This document shows, one piece after another, positions 11,585 through 25,330 of a stretch of 64,000 bases of DNA. Origin of the DNA: Octopus sinensis (Eukaryota). Positions within the stretch are counted from its first letter, which is position 1; every line of letters begins with the position of its first letter. A program made the translations under genes and the position numbers. Location: NCBI RefSeq assembly GCF_006345805.1, contig NC_043004.1:69006001-69070000 (forward strand). Reading direction: 5' to 3'. The notes beneath the pieces are model-generated. The model saw only the letters and a program-made list of their open reading frames with translations. It was not told the origin of the DNA and searched no databases.

Positions 11585-11990
11585 ACCATTAGTCTTCCGC
11601 CGAAATCATGAATAAGCGCCTGTCAAATGTTTCTTCGGTTTTGATGACTGACACAGAGTCTGCTCTGACTGTTGGGTTCCACATATGGTGGACCATTCCT
11701 GCTGCAATGATTGCATTTGAAGGCACTGTCCGCCAGTCTTGTTCTGGTGCTGTTTTCTCGTCGATTGTACTTTTCTTCATAAGCAAGTTTCAATCTCCAC
11801 CGGAAGCGACAAACATCTTTGAAACGAAGATGGAGACTTCCTCATTGTCTTCCGCAAGCCAGTTCCCAGTACAGTAGGTCTTTTGGGCGCCTCCTATCTT
11901 CCCATCTGACATTTCGATGTACATGGCCCATCCTGAAGACTTTTTTAAATGTGCGTGCGTGTAGGGGGGTGCGTGAGGTCTCTCTTGCAC
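11585..11990 (-). mobile_element. RTE-clade LINE 3' end
   Basis: W.GHVHR...PKDLLYWELACGR...HLRFKDVC and a terminal FKCNHCSR zinc knuckle typical of RTE ORF ends. Confidence 0.75.
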
Positions 11991-12404
11991 TACATGCTTG
12001 CTTGGTGAGGTAGGTGATCTTTGGACACTATACCAGATGACAAATAAGACCCGTCAACAATTCAATATAGTCAAAGGTAGATGGAGCTCACCAGTCATAG
12101 TGAAGACAATCCATCTATGACAAGGAAACTTCCGAAATAAAAAAAAACCGTTCAGCGAGGAGGGAATATAATTCCAAATCTTACAGGGAAAAATTCAATT
12201 TAACAATTTTAAATCAAATCTCACAATATATAATATATGTATATAATTTAGAGAAAAACTTCTATTAAACATGTTCTTAGTTTATGCATGTGTATGCAAA
12301 TATAGTATTGGTATATCCCATTTATGTTCATTAGAAATTAAATAAATAAAGAATTTTGACATGTACGAATATTTATTTACCCCCCCTGTATGTATATATA
12401 TATA

Positions 12405-12485
<81 letters not shown>

Positions 12486-12556
12486 TATACATATATATAT
12501 GCATCAAATGAAATCAAAAATTTAAATATATATAATACGCGTCATACATACATACA

Positions 12557-12644
<88 letters not shown>

Positions 12645-12861
12645 GTAGAAAAGTACAAACTGTGACAAGAACGCAAAACACTTAGAAGACGATACAAAAA
12701 ACACGGACGGGACATTCGAAGCCCTCAATCATCAGTCAAGAACCGGATCATCGTAGCAATTTCGGCTGATTAATCTTGAATATATATATATATTAAAGAC
12801 AGAGTGAAAAAAGTAGATATTCACACAGTCTATATAGATATTAAGATATCCGATTACTTAC

Positions 12862-12953
12862 TTTGTCCAGATGGTTTTATTATAAAAGTCTTTCAAAGTC
12901 ATTCTATCCCACTGTTGTGCTTTTGGAGCTTTCCAGGGTTCACCTATTGGGAT
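12862..12953 (-). CDS. MAO: MAO exon 5 equivalent, 92 nt: IPIGEPWKAPKAQQWDRMTLKDFYNKTIWT(K)
   Basis: ctgtatag acceptor, GTAAGT donor; aligns to [31 protein letters not shown]; phase-2 end joins the next exon in frame. Confidence 0.95.
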
Positions 12954-13298
12954 CTATACAGAATATAATAAGATAATAAGATATTATATACATATCTATA
13001 TGTATTCGTATGCTTATATAAACATACACACACACACACACATATATATATACAGATATATAAGTTCGTTATAGGCATGTATAAGATAAAAAAATAAAAC
13101 ACAACTAACAATTATGAAAATGGACAGGCAGGCAGACAAACAGACAGACAGTAGGAACTATTCAATTATTGCATATGTTCGACGATGCATATGCTCAACA
13201 GCAAGAGACACGCCAATCCGATGTGATAGGTACACGATGATATCAAAAACAGAAAATGAAATAAATGAATACGAGGGAAAGAAATGTAGCTTACTAAC

Positions 13299-13400
13299 CT
13301 CCTCCGCCATCTTATCCATCGTTCTGAACAGGTTGTTGGCGTCTAGCCAGGCAAGAAAATTCATTTTGGGGAATGTTCCTCTGAATCTTTTCATATGTCC
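13299..13400 (-). CDS. MAO: MAO exon 4 equivalent, 102 nt: GHMKRFRGTFPKMNFLAWLDANNLFRTMDKMAEE
   Basis: ctttatag acceptor, GTTAGT donor; aligns to human [31 protein letters not shown]. Confidence 0.95.
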
Positions 13401-13802
13401 CTATAAAGAAAAATTGGAAGCAATGTTTTCGGTTGAGAATCGATGAGTTTATTTACATTCGTGTGTAAGCAAAACATGCTTGCACACAAATGCACAAACA
13501 CATGCACGTGCGATGGGGTGCTGAAAGGTTCCTGGCTTTGGGTAAAAGAAAATAGAGGAGGATGAGTTAATTATGATTTTATTCAAAATATTCCCTTCTC
13601 AGATTCACACACTTATTGCAGCGGTCCTTCAGTTTTTCTAAACTCTGTAAAGAACTCGGAATGTTGAGCCTCTGATCAGGTCTTTCGTGATACCCTTAAA
13701 GCAACCCCTCATAATCATATCACACATGACGATGTGCGTGTATGGTGACGCGAATATACAGAGACACACATGCACCCACATCAGCAAGTACATGTGTATA
13801 CA

Positions 13803-13860
<58 letters not shown>

Positions 13861-15560
13861 TTTGAAAATGCAATTTTAAAAGATGTTTATTCACTTGACC
13901 GGTTTCACTTTTTTAGAAAAAGATTGTCAAAAGTAACATGTAAAAGCTTTGTTGTGTTAGGTACTGGATGTCACAAAATATTGCAATACATATATACATT
14001 ATCTGATAATAATAAGTGTGTGTTAAAAACAGTTTACAAGGAAAAATCTTGGGAAAATATTTAAAAAGTTCATTAAAATATTGGGCACAAAAAATTACAA
14101 TACATATATACATTCTTTGATAATAAGAAAATGTTAAAAGCAGTTTACAGAAAAAAAATTTTTTGAGTAATTATTAACAAGTTCATAAAACCTTTTAGGA
14201 TTTGATTAGAAATCATGTTTGTTTGGAAGTATCTATATATATATACACAGAAAATTATAAGTTCAAAAAGGCCATATTTTGGTAGTATATATATACCGCA
14301 GAAAGAGATATATTTAGTTTACAAAGAATTTGGGATGAACTGACCTATTTCACCATTATATCGTAAAAGACTATTTTCTATTTCAACGGACAGTTTAGGA
14401 GGTGTGTTTGGGTGGGGGGAAGGAAGAGCGATGTGGAATTGAAAAGAAGTTTTTGCTTCTCTTTCACGTTTGAGTGGTTATGAGGATCGGTCTTTAGAGG
14501 TCAGAATGGTGTGAGCCAGTGTGTCTCTGAGTGTGTGTGTATACATATATACGTGTTTGTGTTTGTGTGTGGAGGCCGTTTTTGATTGGTCCTAGGGTTT
14601 ATTGTGATGTATGTAAATGTGTCTGTGTGTGTTTAAAATTTGGTAGGATGGTGTGTGTATATGTGTGCACGTTTGTATGTGTGTGTATGTGTGTGTATGT
14701 GTTTGTTCGCATGTGTGTGTGTGTGCGTCTGTGGGTGCGTGTGTATGCTTGTGTATTTTTTTGTGTTGGTGGGGATGTTATGTGTGTGTATGTGAGTGTG
14801 TGTGTTGTGTCTGTCTGGGTATGTTTTAGTTTTAAATGTCCTTGTGATGTACGTGTGTGTGTGAGCAACCGTATGTGTGTGTGAGGGTGCATATGTATGT
14901 GTGTGGGTATGTGTGTATGTATGTGTAAGTGTGTTGTATTTATCAGGGGTTCTGTGTGTCAATGTGTGTTGGGTTTATCTGGGTGGTGTGCATGTGTGTG
15001 TATATGCGTTTTGTGTGTGTTGGTATTGAGTATGCGTTTGTGTGTGTGTATATATATATATGTGGGTACGGTTTATATAGTTCTGTAGTTTCCAGGTGTG
15101 TGTGTGTGCACGTGTGTGTTGCATTTCTGAGAGATTTGTTTTGTGTGTATTGTTAGCACAATGTGTGTGTATACGTGTAGGTGTGTTTGTGTGGGTGTGT
15201 CTATGTGTCATGTATTTGTCGGGAGGTGTGTGTCATTGTGTGTGCATGCTTGTGTGTATGTATGTTTGTGAATGTTTGTTGTGGCTGTTGTGATTGTAAT
15301 GTGGGTGTATGTGTGTGTTTTCTTTTGAATGTGTGTGTACGTGTGATTTTATTACTGGGGTACGGGCGTATTGTGTGTGTGTGTGTGTACAGGTGTGCAT
15401 AAATGTGTGTGTGTTTGTGTGAGTTGTGTTGTAGTTGCGTGTTTGTTTGTGTATCTGTGTATGTGTGGGTGTGTTTGTGTGAATGTGATTTGTAATTTCG
15501 GAGTGGTGTGTGTAAAAATAAAATTTTATTACCAGTAATAAAATCATACACACACACACA

Positions 15561-15597
<37 letters not shown>

Positions 15598-15689
15598 TCA
15601 AAAGAAAAAAACATACAGATATACAAAATCACACACACACAAAAACAATGCCAACCTCCGACGCAAATACATATGCACAAACACAATAT

Positions 15690-16552
15690 CCTCACACTAG
15701 AGCATGATTTCCTCATCCTATGGTCGCACACACTCGACCAACTTATTGACTTCAAAAACCTTATCAACAGTGTCAACCACATCCAATTTACCAGCTTCCT
15801 TTTCTTGACATTCTTATCATTAAAAAAGGCAACAACATTGAAACTGATATCCACTACAAACCCACTGATTCCAAACAATACCTTCTGTTCACCTCCAATC
15901 ACCCAAAGCACACAAAGACAAATATCCCCTTAAACTTAGCGAGAAGAATCTGCACAATTGTCTCAAATAATAGAACACGAAATGAAAGACTCCGAGAACT
16001 AAAGGCAATTCTTCTCGAAAGACATTACCAAGCATCACTAGTTGATAGAACGGGCTAAATCAATTACCACCCAAGACTTACGAAAACCAAAACACACCTA
16101 CAATACAGTAAATAGCCTTCCCTATCTCTCAACACACAATCCAAGGAATGAAGAAGCTTACAAAATTATATACAACAATATTCCACAGCTGCATCAAGAC
16201 CCACGTCTAAAAAAATTACTCGCAACTCATAAAATAATAAAAAGTAAAAGACAACCCAAATCCCTAAAAAACCTACTCACCAATGCAAAATTACCCAACA
16301 CAAACCCACCGCCCACCGTCAAAAAATGTCGTCGTTCCAACTGCAGGACTTGCAGCCACCTCATTGAAGGATCAGTGTGCAAATTCCAGTCGGGACACAC
16401 TTTTGTCATAAAAAATAATTTCACCTGTGCATCAAAAAGTTTACTCTATGTCATAAGGTGTGAAGTGTGTCACGAAGACTATATAGGGCAAACGAGCCTT
16501 ACCCTCAGAGAAAGGATAACAGTTCACCGCCAACAACTGAGGAATCCCACTA
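15690..16552 (+). mobile_element. Penelope-like retroelement fragment: RT C-terminus/thumb plus GIY-YIG endonuclease, frameshifted
   Basis: FLILWSHTLDQLIDFKNLINS..IQFT; FLDILIIKKGNNIETDIHYKPTDSKQYL; C..C..C then LYVIRCEVCHEDYIGQTSLTLRERITVH (PLE-type GIY-YIG with CCHH). Confidence 0.9.
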
Positions 16553-18069
16553 CAATAGATAGGTATACAGTTACAAGTGTATGGGTTTGTAAGTCTGTGA
16601 GAGAATGCTTGTGTGTGTGATATACGTATATATTTTGGAAGGATGGCCCTCAATTTGAGAAATAACCTCTTTCACTTCATAAATCTCCGTAAACATAATC
16701 TAAAAACACCTCTTCAATTTCCTTGCTGTCTCGAACGATAGCTTCAATAGAGAAGTTGCTTTCTTGGATTTCTCAGCCATTTCTCCTTAAGTGAGAAAAT
16801 AATAACCGAATGGCTAACCTGGAATCAAATCAACGAAGTAGTGATCAATAAACTAACTAATGAGCATGGAAAGCAATAACGGTGTCAAGCCGATCCAGGC
16901 TTCAAATCAATACTTCCTATAGCTGAATTCTCAAGTTGTTTCCGAATAGTACAAATTAACAAACACACAGATTAGTTCTATTTCACTTTTGTATTATTTA
17001 TTTAACATACGAATGACTATTTAACTAATTAACTAATCGATTATACAATGGATTATTTGATCAATCAATCAATTACTTAGAGAGCACGACGTTGAAGAGG
17101 TCATGGTTGGCGAGGAAAAGACTTTGACAAACCTGATTGATTAACCGAATGATTACTGAAACAACTGATTACTTAAGTAGTTAAGTAGCTAAGCTATTGA
17201 CAAGAAATAAATAATATAAAGAAGAGAAATATAACCAGTGCATGAGTTTATTCTTAGCATAATGGCCCTCCCGACATATAACAAATTAGCTTTTGCCCTT
17301 TCCAGCAAAATATTTGATTGAATATGTCTTTATTATTAAAGATATGTTGACGTAGAAACGAAGATATCTCAACATAAGTTAACGAGATGACTTTCGAACC
17401 AAGCTGACTGGATTTATTCTTCGGTTTTCAAGTGTAATTTCTCTGCATCAAGGCCAAGGAAGACACTAAACTAGATGAAATTAATGTATTGTGAGGTCTT
17501 TTTCATTACTCGCATTTTTTATGACATTAAGCAAATTGGTTTTGGCTTTCCCAATAACGAATTTTTAGATTTAGTCTATCATTAAGTTTAACACCACAAC
17601 CTAGGACATTGAATACATAATTGGAGTCCACTCTGTTGTAAGCATTCGGGCAAGGTTTTCAGTTTGAGGATATCTTCCTCCCACAAATTTCGGAGGCCTT
17701 CTAAAGGGCAATGTGTAATCCATTAAGATTTTTTGTCATTTGACTGCAATTACTAATCTTTTATCTTTTATTTGTTCCAGTCATTAGACTGCGGCCATGC
17801 TACGGCAGCACTCTGATGGATTTTAATCAAACTGACTCTTTTATTCCGTCAGGTACTTTTTTTATGTTACTCATATTTTTTCCGAACCACTAAGGTTGAG
17901 TGATGGTGGAGAACAAATATAAACACAGTAACACATATATACATGGATGCATCATACACAAACACACAGGCTCATACATACACACATACACACACAAACA
18001 CACACACACACATACACTCACACAAACATACACACACACACACACACGCGCACACTCGCACACATATTT

Positions 18070-18310
18070 AAAAGCCTCCGAAAGAAACTGATATCTGCGA
18101 GGTGTAAATGTGGAAACCTTCAAAAAGCACCTGGACAAATTTCTACCTGAAATCCCAGATGTGCCCACATCACGACAGGAGATACAAAGAAGAGCAGCTT
18201 CGTCCAGCTCGCTTCTTCACCAAAAACAGTACCGAAAGGAGAACAAAAATCACTGAAAGGTGCTGCTCTGGCAACGCCCCAGACTCTGGCTGAAACCATT
18301 GAAACAATAA
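18070..18310 (+). mobile_element. CR1-type LINE extreme 3' end
   Basis: VETFKKHLDKFLPEIPDVPT...SSSLLHQ resembles the end of the 9427-10400 copy. Confidence 0.65.
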
Positions 18311-18483
18311 AAGAATGTGTGTATGTGTGTGTGCGCGCGCGCGTATATATACGTGTGTGTGTGAGTACGTGTATATATATATAAAATTAGATTTAATCCT
18401 AAATCTAATTTTTCCCTGTAAGTTTGGATTTACTCCCTAATATTATATATATATATTATATATATTATATATATATATAATAT

Positions 18484-18542
<59 letters not shown>

Positions 18543-18762
18543 TACAAAATTAGAGAATGGAGAAACATACTTAAATCAATAAAACATCAACTATCCGATG
18601 ATACCCAATCAATACTTTTATACACCATTACATATGAGTAAAGGCATTATACAAATGAGATATACAGTAATAGTAAAAAGATAAAGAGATATAAGTAAAA
18701 AATTTCAAATATAATATGCAATTAAATCAAAACTGACAGCTGTTTCGATATACGTGTGTGTA

Positions 18763-18917
<155 letters not shown>

Positions 18918-18924
18918 TATATGT

Positions 18925-19286
18925 ATGGAGGCGCTATGGCCCAGTGGTTAGCGCAAGCGGACTCGCGGTCATAGGATCGCAGTTTCAATTCCCAGACCGG
19001 GCGTTGTGAGTGTTTATTGAACGAAAACACCTACAACACGAAGTATGGGGGCGAACCCTGTTGTACTCTTTCACCACAACTTTCTCTCACTCTTTCTTCC
19101 TGTTTCTGTTGTACCTGTATTTCAAAGGACCAGCCTTATCACTCTGTGTGTCACACTGATTCTCCCTGTGAACTACATTAAGAGTACACCTGTCTGTGGA
19201 GTGTTCAGCCACTTGGACGTTAATTTCACGAGCAGGCTGTTCCGTTGATCAGATCAACTGGAACCCACGTCGGTCGCAACCGACGG
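18925..19286 (+). mobile_element. SINE family B
   Basis: Collinear with 198-581; flanked by (TA)n. Confidence 0.88.
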
Positions 19287-19288
19287 CA

Positions 19289-19354
<66 letters not shown>

Positions 19355-19579
19355 TATATATACATATATTAACAGCTTATTTAAACGTCTAACTTAGGGT
19401 TAATTTGAACCATTCACTTCCCTCCAATATGTTTCTTCGATTCAACACTTGTAATGTTTGGAAATTTTTCATATTTTTAGGATTTTTTTTTACAAATCTT
19501 TAAAAAATATTTCAATATTATCTTAAAACGCTTTTATGTTTCGAAACTATATAATATTTTGAACTCTTTTAAATCTTTA

Positions 19580-19671
19580 ATGTTCCTCTGATGAGAGAAA
19601 AGTGGTCAATTGTTATGGATGGAAAACCTGCCCATTTCAAACCACAATTTTTCGAAACGATCATAAGAATA
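19580..19671 (+). ncRNA. Degenerate hammerhead motif in a PLE-like 3' remnant (~19330-19870)
   Basis: CTGATGA 19588-19594, helix II with GTGGT/ACCAC, GAAAC-GATC-ATA (the 16.2 G appears mutated to A). Confidence 0.5.
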
Positions 19672-20131
19672 TACACAATGAATTAAGATTCATCTTAGTT
19701 CATTATATACCACCGCTCCTGGGGCTCCGCCCTTCGAACCTTGTCGTCAATTCGTAAAATTTGAATGCTTAACACCGAATGTTGTAATGCAGGTACATTT
19801 ATGTATTATACGCTTCCATGATTTGTGTATTTGAACTTGAATTGATGCTGTATATGAATAAACCTATGATGTGTAGTGATTTAATTTGATAGAAGGACTT
19901 GACTTTGAAATTTGTTCTCCATTCTTACTTTAAACAACAGAGACAGAGACAGGCAGAAACAAGAAAAATGCCCCTTGTATTTGAATACTATGCAAATATT
20001 CTTTTAGAAAACTTTTCATTTAATTTTTCCAAAATTTGTTTTCCATACATTTGAAAAGTCTCAATGACTGAAACCGGTACTGAAATGTTTTTCATAAAAT
20101 TATTTTAGCATTTTCTACCTTGACCTATTTC

Positions 20132-20168
<37 letters not shown>

Positions 20169-20665
20169 GTGTATGTATTAGACGAGCACCATTCAATTTG
20201 CGTCAATCAAGTTTACTCACAAAGCATCGTTAGGCCAGAGGCTATAGTAGAACACAATTGCCCAACGTTACGCTTAGTGGGACTGGATTCGAGTTTGCGT
20301 GGCTGCAAAGCGAGCGTCTTAAACACACAAGGCATGCATTGCCTAAAATGACACACAGTAGAATCGAACATTAAATCCACTTGATTGTATTGCAAATTAC
20401 TTAACTGTTCAGCCATGTCGGCTCTCCACACAGACACACACATAGCTCACATACCTACACGCGCATATACGCACACGCACACACGTGCTGGCGCCTGACT
20501 ACTGTTTCATTTTTATTCAATGCGAACGAAAATAGCTATTTACAATGTCAGTATCTGGGACATAAGTGAATTTATGTAAATATTCTTTGCAATCCTAACC
20601 CTCCCTCTCTTTCTCTCTCTCTCTCTCTCTCTAACTCTATTTCTTTCACTCTTCCTGTGTATCTA

Positions 20666-20705
<40 letters not shown>

Positions 20706-21026
20706 GTAAATGTAAAAAAAATACAAACTGGGACAATGAGTGTGTATGCGTCCCTCTCTTTTCCCTCTTTGTCGATCTCAAGCAACTACTCCTTCCTCTC
20801 CCTCTCTTCATTCAACTATACCCCCTCCCTTACCTATTCCTTCCCCATTATCACCAAAACCCGCGCCACCATCTTTTTACATCTCTATCTTCTTTTACCA
20901 ATGTTTTTCTTGCTCCTCATACATTTCAATCTCTCAACACTTCTTTCCTCTCATCTACATTCTTTTCTCCACCTCTCTCCACTCTCACTCTCGCTTCCTC
21001 CTTTCTGTCCCCCTCTCTCTCACTTC

Positions 21027-21061
<35 letters not shown>

Positions 21062-21269
21062 GCATCTTTATCTCTTTCTTCCCCTTTTCTTCTCTCTTTA
21101 CAATTTTCCATTTAAAACTCTTGTTTACATACTTTCTACACACACATCCTTCCGATCTTGCTGCTGTATCGAAAACGAGAGAAATAAACATGGCTACACG
21201 CGCGCGCACATCATCTACCTACATATAAGTCAAGCGATGGTGGGAGGGGTGACAAGCACAGACACAGGG

Positions 21270-21508
21270 CAGCTTTTAAGTGTTAGCTCCTGCGGAGGGC
21301 TCTTCATTGGGCCTTGCCCCCAACAATGACACTTCATGCATTGAGTACATATTAAATTTTATTAAACCTGACCAATATTTTCGAGCAATGAACAATTTTC
21401 ATCAAAACAATGATATAATTTTTTGACTTGGAATTTATTGCAAAGCTGTGTGATAAACAACATTTTTGTCTTCACATTCGGGGGTCAGTACAATTTTTTC
21501 TAAGTAAC

Positions 21509-21556
<48 letters not shown>

Positions 21557-21710
21557 TAGCCACCACCCTCACCGTCTCTATGCCTACTATTACTCTCACT
21601 CCGTCATGAGGAATAGTAGGTGTGTCATTGAGTAGCAAGAGAGGGGATCTAAATGTGACACACTGACACAGAAATTAGTTTTTGCATTTATTATATATAT
21701 ATATATATAA
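21270..21710 (-). mobile_element. Interspersed repeat, probable Helitron family; related pieces at ~24440-24760, 54460-54525, 54755-54800 and 55330-55562
   Basis: Shared blocks between copies; TCTATATAATAAATG-type start; the 24440 copy ends in hairpin AAAGCCG..CGGCTTT plus a CTAC terminus. Confidence 0.55.
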
Positions 21711-21949
21711 TAACGGCTTCTTCAGACGGGCTTCTTTCAGTCTCCGTCTACTAAATCCACTCACAATGTTTGGTCAGCCCGAGGCTATAGTAGAAGACGC
21801 TTGTCCAAGGCGCCACGCTGTGGGACTGAACCCAGAACCATGTGGTTGGTAAGCAAGCCTCTTACCACACAGCCATGAGAAAGAGAGAGAGAGAAAGGTT
21901 AAGGTTGTAAGAATAGTTACATAAATTCACTTATTTCATCCTATAAATA

Positions 21950-22420
21950 ATGCAGTTTTCAATTGCATGAACTAAAAGTTGGAAGGAAGGGGATAAACTA
22001 CCTGCATCAACTTGCTATAAAAGTAGATAGTAATTTTACTTTCGTCTTATTCTTAGTGCATGTTTTGAAGAGAGCAGTTCCATTTTAACAGTTACCTTTT
22101 CAAAGCTACAAGGGAAGCATATTCGGCATATTTTGCATTATGAGTTCAATAAAGGCAACGAGGCATCGGAAAGTGCGAGGAATATTAATGCAGTATATGC
22201 AGATCGAACAATAAGTGAAAGCCAGTGTCAACGGTGGCTCCAGAAAATTCGAGCCGGAACCTACAGCCTAGAAGAAGAGGCTCGTCCTAAAAGATCCGTA
22301 GAGCTCGATAAGGACGTCCTGCAAACCCTAGTGGAACAAAATCCCATTGTAACTATTGGGGAACCAGCGGAGAAGCTTGAATTTGGTCATTCAATCAGTC
22401 AGTCAAGTCAGCGCTAGAAG
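21950..22420 (+). mobile_element. Mariner transposase N-terminal remnant
   Basis: HIRHILHYEFNKGNEASESARNINAVY...QCQRWLQKIRAGTYSLEEEARPKR HTH domain; truncated. Confidence 0.82.
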
Positions 22421-22840
22421 AAAAACGACCAACTTTGGTTTCAAGATAAAAGGTGTTCTCCATCAGTAGAATGTTCGGCTACATACGGCGAGGGTAACAT
22501 TCCAAAGGCAAAGGAGGTTTGAATAGGAAACGATTCCCCCACCACATTTTGTAGACGAGGTCAGAACAGTACTGAGGAGTATTTTTCGTTACAGACAAGT
22601 GAATTTTGGAAGAGGGGCCAAAAGATGAGAGAGATGGGAAATCATTGTAGAAAATGAAGGAGAGTATATTTTAGAGTAAAAAAAGAACTTGATCTTAATT
22701 TGGAAAAATAAAAGAATAAAAAACTGCATTATTTATAGAATGACCCAATATATATATATTTAGTTATTTATATATGCATATGCGTAATTATATATGTATG
22801 TATGTATGTATTAATACCAGTTTAATGCACAAACAACAAA

Positions 22841-22889
<49 letters not shown>

Positions 22890-23046
22890 TACATACATAC
22901 GCACACACAAGCACGCGCATACACACATACACATACACATACATACATACATACATACATACATGCATACGTACATACATACATACATACATACATATAT
23001 ACATACATACATACATACATACATACATAATTATGGGCCTCTTAAT

Positions 23047-23846
23047 AAATTTTGGATCTTTTCCTTTTGAACGGCAGACAATTTCTAGTTAACTAATCAC
23101 TTTAAAACTTCGTATACTGGTAGAATGTGTCAAAATAAAACATTTTTTTCTCTTGGCTTTCTTGAGAAAATTGTAATTTGTTTGTTTAACGTAGTTTAAT
23201 TTTTCGAATTTTAACCAATCCTATGCTCTCTTTTGAGCTAAAATCATTTGCTGCGTCTAAAACTGAGACAACATCCTGTCACTACCCCTCAATCTAACCC
23301 GAACCCTAATTTTTTTTCTTGATTCTTAAATTAATTTAGTTGTTACGCGTGTAAAAAAACCGAAAGCAATAGAAAATAATTTAAACAATTAACAAACAAA
23401 ATAATTCTATAATTTTATACACACGCTTTCCGTAACACATGCTTTCCGTATACGCATGGAAAGCGTGTGTATAAAATTATAGAATTATTTTGTTTGTTAA
23501 TTGTTTAAATTATTTTCTATTGCTTTCGGTTTTTTTACACGCGTAACAATTAAATTAATTTAACAATTAAGAAAATAAAATTAGGGTTAGGGTTAGGTTG
23601 AGAGGTAGTGACAGGATGTTGTCTCAGTTTTAGACGCAGCAAATGATTTTAGCTCAAAAGAGAGCATAGGATTGGTTAAAATTGCCGAAATGCTCGGATT
23701 TTCAGACGAAATATCTTACAAACTATAAAACATAGAGAAAATGATGTTTTATAAACACATTCTACCAGTATACGAAGTTTAAAAGTGTTTAGTTAACTAG
23801 AAATTGTGTTGACATCTGCCGTTAAAAAGGAAAACATCCTAAATTT
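23047..23846. repeat. Fold-back element with ~385-bp imperfect arms and short TTAGGG-like tracts
   Basis: 23047-23431 versus 23458-23846; the arms differ over one ~90-bp subterminal block. Confidence 0.88.
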
Positions 23847-24035
23847 TGATTAAATTTATACATTATGTTGGAAAGACTTGAGCGGTTCCGATACAACATT
23901 TTGGGAAATGCATAGGGTAAGTACCAGGCTTTCAAATAAATAAGTAATGGGGTTAATTCATTGAACTAAACATTCTTCAAGACGGTGCTCCACCATGGCC
24001 GCAGTCTAATAACTGCAACAAGTAAAAAAAGAAAC

Positions 24036-24091
<56 letters not shown>

Positions 24092-24879
24092 GACAAACAC
24101 ACTCACTACACACGTACATGTTCACATATTTCACTTATTCCCCATGGCGTGTATGACCGTTTATGTATATGTTGGTTAAAGTGAGATCGTACATATGAGT
24201 GGGTGTGGTTTCTTTAGAATGGTGAACATAAACATAAACCTACTGATGGAGCAGACGTGGTTTTACCCAGACAGAACAGGAAGAATTAACTGGTTTAACA
24301 TAAACAATGTTTTAATGCTATCTATTACAGAATACAATTTTGTGAAGCAAGAATTTTTGTCATGACATTTGTGTTTGGCGGGCCAGGATAATTTGGTACG
24401 CTAGCAGTAGAGTGGAATGTAGTACAGACATATTGTAAAGTAGCTTAAAAGCCGTCCTATCGGGCGGCTTTATGCTAGCTCTTGTGAGGGGGGGGGGCTC
24501 TTCATTGGGCCTTGGGCTCAACAATGACACTTCATGCATTGAGTACATATTAAATTTTATTAAACTTGACCAATATTTTTCAAGCAATAAACAATTTTCA
24601 TCAAAACAATGATATAATTTTTCGACTTGGAATTTATTGCAAAACTGCATGCTGTACATTTTTGCCTTCCTATTCAGGGGTCAGTACAATATTTTTTCTG
24701 TCTAACCTCTTTCTCTCTCTCTCTCATTCTCTCTCTCTATCTATCTATCTATCTCCCTCTCTCTCTCTCTCTTTCTGTTGATTGTTTTCAACCATCACCA
24801 TCACCAGTACCACTACCATTGCCACCACAACTGTCATACACACACCATTCAGACTTCTGAATTATAACCGAAAACCTTG

Positions 24880-25330
24880 TCGTTGAGACGCATATTTCGA
24901 AAATCAAATCCGTTTTTCTCGAGGACATGTCGTTTCGGAAACTTTCCGTGATATATCCAGATAAATATACACATACACTCTCCCCTTCTATCAATGTTCA
25001 CAGAACACCTCAGTGCAACAAAGAATGAATAATGAGACAACTTTCATCAATAAATATCTTCTCCAACTCAATATGAACACATAACATAATACAGAACACT
25101 GCTAAACTTTCAATTAATACCACTAACCCCCATACATCTCATACACCATTCACATTACAGATCTATATCTACCCTAATTGCACCAAATCCAGAACTACTT
25201 ACCTCCCTTACACATAATATTTTTCCTCAGGGACTAATAGACCTGGCACCACTCATTAATCGATGTGCATTCAAAGCAATGATTAGTAATTTACGAAACC
25301 GGTATGCTTTTAAATCTCTTTAACAATTCA
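24880..25330 (+). mobile_element. Penelope-like 3' fragment (endonuclease tail plus pLTR remnant)
   Basis: PFYQCSQNTSVQQRMNNETTFINKYLLQLN resembles the PLE GIY-YIG C-terminus; downstream CGAAACCGGTA half-hammerhead. Confidence 0.55.

Noticed and set aside
16630-17290. Possible LTR/gag start on the minus strand (MAEKSKKATSLLK...)
   Set aside because: The frame closes after ~25 codons; no second LTR, clear PBS or recognisable domain.
23290-23600. Interstitial telomere or chromosome-fusion scar
   Set aside because: Only 2-3 TTAGGG units, and they are mirrored parts of a fold-back element.
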